This document shows positions 59,601-64,000 of a stretch of 64,000 nucleotides of DNA, one piece after another. The stretch comes from Lama guanicoe (Eukaryota): assembly GCA_013239625.1 (NCBI GenBank), contig MU053379.1, positions 692,490-756,489 on the forward strand, in the 5' to 3' direction. Numbering within the stretch: position 1 is the stretch's first letter; the number at the start of each line of letters is the position of its first letter. A model generated the notes under the pieces. That model did no database searches and was not told the DNA's origin. It saw nothing but the letters and a program-made list of their open reading frames with translations. The position numbers and the translations under genes are program-made.

Positions 59601-60027
59601 AAAGCTGTGAACTTGATCCATGGACAGCCAGGGGACGGGACACAGGGCTGACCACTTGGGACCAGAGTATTTTCAAAAAGGGCTCTTTAAAATATATTTA
59701 CACCTTCCTGGTTGTTAACAGTAAACACACACACGGCAGGCTGGCTAACACCATCTGCCTGAGAAAACACCCGCTCCCTCCAAAATCAAACCAGATCCCA
59801 AGGCCCCTCTCAGCAGGCATCCTCGACTGCCCTGGGGGGCGGCTCCAGCTCCCGGCCCCACAGCCGCTGCCCACCTTGCCCTGCAGCTGCTGCACCTCCT
59901 TCACGTGCTCCCGGTAGCTGGCCTGCATGCGAGCCTGCACGGCTGTGATCTCCTGCTCCCGGGCCACGAGCTGCTTTTTCACCTTGGCCTCCCCAGCTGC
60001 GGCCTTGGCCTTTTCCGTTGCCAGCTC
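41626..60027 (-). CDS. RRBP1: Ribosome-binding protein 1 (p180), 3' partial CDS: last 20 exons, 2037 nt (678 aa + stop)
   Basis: 20 GT-AG exons splice in frame to ELATEKAKAAAGEAKVKKQLVAREQEITAVQARMQASYREHVKE...ERLEKEKKLTSDLGRAATKLQELLKTTQEQL...EDGGSSKEGTSV*, the RRBP1 coiled coil and C-terminus. The gene is the known convergent neighbour of DSTN. Upstream exons lie beyond 64000. Confidence 0.97.
42138..42281 (-). CDS. RRBP1: RRBP1 penultimate exon (144 nt)
   Basis: ERLEKEKKLTSDLGRAATKLQELLKTTQEQLAKEKDTVKKLQEQLGKA; cacag| ... |gtgagt. Confidence 0.96.
42742..42840 (-). CDS. RRBP1: RRBP1 exon (99 nt)
   Basis: AQNSACRLQGELEKLRDTSPLGSSEAEEAAQLK; ccaccaag| ... |gtagga. Confidence 0.93.
43120..43203 (-). 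CDS. RRBP1: RRBP1 exon (84 nt)
   Basis: LKTQLERTEALLEDEQARRQKLTAEFEE; cacag| ... |gtcagg. Confidence 0.95.
43895..44002 (-). CDS. RRBP1: RRBP1 exon (108 nt; alternative in-frame donor 9 nt downstream)
   Basis: VRQQLSEMKSHVEDGDVAGSPAVPPEAPPAEQDPVE; tttcag| ... |gttagg (or |gtgagc after 43886). Confidence 0.9.
45419..45502 (-). CDS. RRBP1: RRBP1 exon (84 nt)
   Basis: LRQLLLESQSQLDAAKSEAQKQSSELAL; tgtccaag| ... |gtgagt. Confidence 0.94.
46025..46120 (-). CDS. RRBP1: RRBP1 exon (96 nt)
   Basis: VKERTSHLEAELEKHMAAASAECQSYAQEVAG; tccag| ... |gtgagt. Confidence 0.95.
46559..46630 (-). CDS. RRBP1: RRBP1 exon (72 nt)
   Basis: SRVTVKHLEEIVEKLKGELESSDQ; ttgtag| ... |gtacat. Confidence 0.94.
46990..47082 (-). 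CDS. RRBP1: RRBP1 exon (93 nt)
   Basis: EGMLKDLQKSVEEEEQVWKARVSATEEELQK; cgcag| ... |gtactg. Confidence 0.95.
47619..47708 (-). CDS. RRBP1: RRBP1 exon (90 nt)
   Basis: DLASKLREAEETQSSLQAECDQYRTILAET; cttag| ... |gtgagg. Confidence 0.95.
47837..47917 (-). CDS. RRBP1: RRBP1 exon (81 nt)
   Basis: NYSEWLQELKEKGPELLKPPPANPEPL; gcag| ... |gtgagt. Confidence 0.94.
48002..48094 (-). CDS. RRBP1: RRBP1 exon (93 nt)
   Basis: EESEKQLSLTEAQTKEALLALLPALSDSAHQ; ccag| ... |gtagga. Confidence 0.94.
49746..49838 (-). CDS. RRBP1: RRBP1 exon (93 nt)
   Basis: DLREKNWKAMEALASAERVCEEKLRSLTQAK; cccccag| ... |gtcagc. Confidence 0.95.
50335..50425 (-). CDS. RRBP1: RRBP1 exon (91 nt)
   Basis: (R)LMELESQLWCLEKEATELKEAVEQQKVKNN; cag| ... 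|gtgagt. Confidence 0.94.
52776..52810 (-). CDS. RRBP1: RRBP1 micro-exon (35 nt)
   Basis: ASRAEADQQQA(R); ctcttgttccag| ... |gtaaga. Needed to keep frame between the flanking exons. Confidence 0.92.
52938..53107 (-). CDS. RRBP1: RRBP1 exon (170 nt)
   Basis: (E)LHSKLQSAEAEVRSQCEELRGLHGQLDEAKAENVQLAERICSIEALLEAGQAQDAQ; cag| ... |gtctgc. Confidence 0.92.
54129..54350. mobile_element. MER58A-like hAT element in an RRBP1 intron
   Basis: ggcccgtgggcc...tttgtaaataaagttttattggcacacagcc...gctgagcagttgtgaca...aaagccaaaagtgtttactacctgg. Confidence 0.8.
55058..55196 (-). CDS. RRBP1: RRBP1 exon (139 nt)
   Basis: ASHKESEEALQKRLDEVSRELCRSQTSHASLRADAEKAQEQQQQMA(E); cag| ... |gtgagg. Confidence 0.95.
56510..56710. 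mobile_element. MIR SINE
   Basis: gctgcttaactctgggccttaaatttcc...ataacaacagtacctcctcgtgaggttacaatgagaattaac. Confidence 0.6.
56891..57044 (-). CDS. RRBP1: RRBP1 exon (154 nt)
   Basis: QNAELAKLRQELGKVSKELMEKSEAARQEEQQRKALEAKAAAFEKQILQLQ; cag| ... |gtgggt. Confidence 0.95.
58979..59097 (-). CDS. RRBP1: RRBP1 exon (119 nt)
   Basis: IRTLQEQLENGPNTQLARLQQENSILRDALNQATSQVES(R); ttttcag| ... |gtgagc. Confidence 0.95.
59875..60027 (-). CDS. RRBP1: RRBP1 exon (153 nt)
   Basis: ELATEKAKAAAGEAKVKKQLVAREQEITAVQARMQASYREHVKEVQQLQGK; cag| ... |gtgggc. Confidence 0.95.
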
Positions 60028-63000
60028 CTGGGAGAAAGCAGAGGGCAGGGGGGCCAGTTAGGCAGATGGGGGCAGGAGCTTACTGGATGAAACCATGATG
60101 ATCACAACCCAGAGTGTGACCTGGGGCTGGAGAGGCCGGGCAGCAGGGCCGCGAGCTCTCGCACAGCCCCAAGCAGCCACAGTGGCGAACAAGCAGGGGG
60201 CCCTTGGTGGAAGGCTGGCTGTCGGGCCTTGACCACAGCAGACACTGGTAGGAGCTGGGTAACACAGCATCCTGTCCCTGGCTGAGCCCTGCTGGGATTA
60301 TAATGCCCTGGTTTGGCTCAGTCCCCCAAATCCAGGCCCCTGAATGCCCACTTCTATTCGAGCACCTTGGCCAGGACCCACAAGGCAGCAAGGCTCAGTG
60401 CCTAGGGGTCAGTCCCACTCCTGGAGTGCCTGGGTCTCCATGGGCAGCCACTCGGTCCTCCACCCCAGCCCAGGGGACAACTACTCCGGTCAGCAATGGA
60501 TGCCCACAATGAACACAGGCAGTGGGGCCTGGGGACCCGGAGCCTCAGACCAGGAAAGAGCACATGGTGGGAAGGGCTGGCCGAGGTCTCTGTCATCCTG
60601 GAAGGAATGGCAGTGGACAGAAGGCACAGGGAAGCAGGGGGTGACAGTAGAGGAAGGGTTGATGAAACAGGCTCCTGAGGTGGGGGGCCCCTGTCCAGCA
60701 GGCCTCCAGTCCAGACTGGCCACTACTTGGTATGGGCCCAGCTGGTCCCATGAGACTCAAAGCCCTTCTCCAGCCTGGGCAGTAGGCCAGAGAAGTGGGA
60801 AGTCCTCTCCTCCTCCAGGCCAGGGTTGTCAGGGAAGCCCATCCCGAAGAGTCAGAGTAGCTGAGATGTCTGAGATGGGAGAGAACTGGAGGCCAGGGAA
60901 GGGCTGGCCTGATCGGGGTGGCCTCTGGGTGTCAGGGCTGCTCTGGGTGCCTGGCATTCCCTGGGACCACCTGCCCCACTTTTCAAAGACAATCAGCTTC
61001 CTGGCTCCACCGAGGGCAAGAGCCCACAGAAGCACGAGATCCACGCTAAGAACACTTCACCGATGACATACAGAAATGGGCAGGGTGGGGAGAAGGGCTG
61101 GCACTATGCCCGCTAGGGGACAAGCATGTGTCTCATTCAGTTCTCTTAGGAAAGTGAAGATTCCCATCCCTAGTTTAAAGCTGAGCCCACTGAGCCTCAA
61201 GGAGAACGTGCGGCCCAAGGCTAGAGAGCAGCTCTAAGTGGCAGGAGCCTGGGACTGCGCAAGCCCACGAGGGTCCCGGGAAGGGGTGGAGTGATGAGGT
61301 TCCCCCTCCTCTGGCTGGCCCGGGCGCCTCTACGGAAGCAGGAGAGGGCAGCTCAAGGGGCATCAGGGCACCCCCAGGCTTCCTCTAACACGCATACCCC
61401 CACCGGCCCCACCAGAATGGGCGTGGTGGGGAGCACCCAGAAGACCCCTCGACGTACATGATCAGAGATGCCCTGACGTGCTCACAGCCACACCGGCAGT
61501 GAGTGACACAGCCACACGTGGGCCATCCTCTGCCCGTCTCTGCTCACCACCCTGGGCCAGACCCAGAGGCTGGCACTGAGCATCTGTCTGGGGACAGCCT
61601 TCCCTACCCTGAGCGGATCCCGTGCAGTTGTGGGCATCCCCTTGGGTTCAGGGCATAAAGGTCCCAGTCTCCTGGAGACAGGATCCCAAGGCCACCAGAA
61701 TTCAATGGGATTTCCCTTCCCTTTTTTTTAAAGGCATAGAAAGCCAGCTTCTCCCCAGGATGTTTGTTTCGTCCTCCAAGGCTTCTCTCTTCTAAAAGCT
61801 CAGACTCCCAGGACTTCTACAGCCTGTCAAATTCTTAAGTCAGTCGCAAGGGTCGGGTGTATTTTCCTGAAAGGCACATGAGGTGATGATGGCTGACTTC
61901 CCGGAGCCCCATTTCCTTTGACTGGGCTGGGAGGGGAGGCTTGGCACTGCTGAGCATTGCTGGCTCTGAAGTGCGCTCTGCTCCCCAGGCCAAGTGGGCC
62001 CCACATGGTGTATCTTCCAAGGACAGCTAAGACGCAGACAGAAGGCAGCTCCCACCAAAAAGGTCTCCCAGCAGGAACACCTCCCGCCCCACCCCTGCAG
62101 CACACCCACTCCGAGCACCTCCTTGGCCACCAGGGATGGGCTCTCAGGCCCAACAGAGTACAGGATGCGGTCCAGTCCAGGGCATCGTCCCAGGACAGAG
62201 GCCCCTGGTGCCTAAGCAGACGACAGCTGGAAAGATGGTTTTCCAAAAGAGTTGCTCTGGAGCCACGTGGTTCCTCAAAACCTCACACAGGGCCCTGGAG
62301 ATGCTCAGAAGCCAGGACAGAGGTCTCAGGATGCCTGAGCCCATGAACTGGTGCCTGGCACTGTACTTGGACCCAACTCTGCTGACTTCACCCACTTGCA
62401 AGGCACGGATCTGGTAGGCGGTCCGTATGGTCTGTGTTTAGAGCATGCCTTTGGCCACAGACCACAAGGAAAAAGAATTCACCAACATCCTCTTTTGCAA
62501 CTACGAAAACTTCTCCACAAGGACAAAGAAGACGTGGAGGGAGCTCAACGTGAAACGCAGGTCCTGTCCACCCGCCAGCTCCAGCAGGGGATAAGTTAGA
62601 GGAACCTCCGTATTCCCAGTAACTTAGTTTCTCATTAACTTTCCCCGACAGTGCTGCGCTAGGGGACGTGACCAAGGATGAAGCCAACCATCGGCTCTGC
62701 TCGGAACTCGCAACAGAGAAATGCAGGGACCTAACGTCCGTGGACCCAGGAGCACAGGAAGGCCAGACGGCAAGGCCTGAACCAGCAAAGTCTCCCCCTT
62801 AGCTGTGCGCCGGCTGCAGGCCTGTGGCCACTGGCTGACAGGCACCTGCTGGGATGAGCCAAGTGAGCTGGCTAGACTCTCAGGGGACGCAGATGATAAG
62901 GCACAAGGGTGACCTCTGTGCTGGGACAGGAAGATGGGGGCCATGGAAGGCTTCCTGGTGGAGGGGAATCAAACTGAGTCTCCAGGGATAAGGAGACTTC

Positions 63001-64000
63001 TAGTCAGCCGCGAGGCCACTGAAAGAGCAGGAGAGGCCCGAGGAGGCAGCAAGGGGTGTGGAGCAGACAGGGGGAGGCAGGTGCTGTCGGGGATGCAGAC
63101 TTGGGTGTGAAGACTAGGAGCCAGCAGCTTTGAGAGAGGGCCCTCCCAGGACCGGATTAGTGCTTGAGAGCCCAACAGGACGTCCTCGGGCCCCGCGGGG
63201 AGGCCAGGCCCAGGACGGATGCACTACTGGATTTCCGGCCTCAGAGCCAAGGCCTGGAGCCCAGGGAGCACGAGGGGTTACGAAAACCAAGGGCCGCACC
63301 CTTGCGTGTCTCTCGGGCCCCTGCAGCTCCCAGCAGGGAGACAGTCTGCCAGGGCCGAGCTGGAAATGCATCTCGCCCGGGAGGCTGTCTGCGGCTTAGC
63401 TGTGCTGTGGTTTAGAAATCTCGTCAAGCGGCCAGCCCTGTGGGGGAGCAGTCAGGGTCCAGCACAAAGGGCAGCACCGAAGGGGCCTTCTTCATAGGGT
63501 GCAGCCCCCCAACCCCGCACCTGCTGCCCTGCCTGCGGTGGCCCGCGACCCTAGCAATGGTCACCGTCACCATCACCATCAGAGGCTGCACCTCCAGCCC
63601 ATCCTAAATTCAGGGCCAGCACAGGAACTAGCCAGGGAGCCACACGGCCACTAGCCGTGGGAACAGTCACCCCCCTGTGCTCCCACTTCAATTTTATTTT
63701 GGGCATCAACACATTTTCTCAGTTAGTCCAGAAAGAGGATACAGAAGAACGGCCCCTGAAACCACAGACTTCAGGGTGGCTGCCAGCCGTTGGCCTTAGC
63801 GGGTGGGAGGCTCTGACATGCAGCGCTGGCCCATTTCCGTGATGCAGACACTCCTGGCCAGTGGCACAGCACCAGCTGGGCCTGGAAGGGATGCGCAGTT
63901 GGCTCTTGGTAGCTGGGTGAGTGTTTCCTGCCACCCGACATTTAACCAGCAACCCAACACAGGCTCACAGGAAGGCTGCGTGCGGACAGTCTTGAGAGCA

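Noticed and set aside
38000..64000. Dense overlapping ORFs of 100-300 aa (e.g. 41228-42133, 41636-42382, 52540-53349, 60344-61066)
   Set aside because: GC-rich intron ORFs or antisense/alternate-frame shadows of RRBP1 exons. The real coding signal is fully explained by the 20 spliced exons.
60028..64000. Further RRBP1 exons
   Set aside because: No in-frame coiled-coil exon with splice sites was found; treated as intron, with the next upstream exon outside the window.
1..64000. CRISPR array, prokaryotic operon or novel multi-gene system
   Set aside because: No regularly spaced repeat-spacer structure or intronless gene cluster; the window is a recognisable mammalian DSTN-RRBP1 locus.

Overview
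Mammalian genomic DNA, probably camelid (inferred from Vic-1-like tRNA-derived SINEs), not prokaryotic. It holds the complete DSTN (destrin/ADF) gene on + with a CpG-island promoter. Its 4 coding exons, join(7435-7437,30680-30987,33550-33626,35707-35816), give 165 aa. Converging on it are the last 20 exons of RRBP1 (p180) on -, encoding 678 aa of coiled coil and C-terminus; the 5' part of RRBP1 lies beyond the window. All splice junctions were read by hand, are GT-AG and keep frame. The rest is intron or intergenic DNA with L1, L2, MIR, SINE and DNA-transposon relics, AT-rich at ~8-37 kb and GC-rich at ~38-64 kb. I found no CRISPR array, defence system or novel multi-gene system. The best leads are in splicing: a well-formed minus-strand exon at 187-319 (possible divergent transcript toward BFSP1), a stop-containing cassette exon in DSTN intron 1 (24080-24190), and an in-frame tandem donor in RRBP1. 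Structurally informative repeats are also present: a dimeric SINE and an inverted L1 with a nested MITE. Repeat boundaries and family names are approximate because they were recognised by eye.
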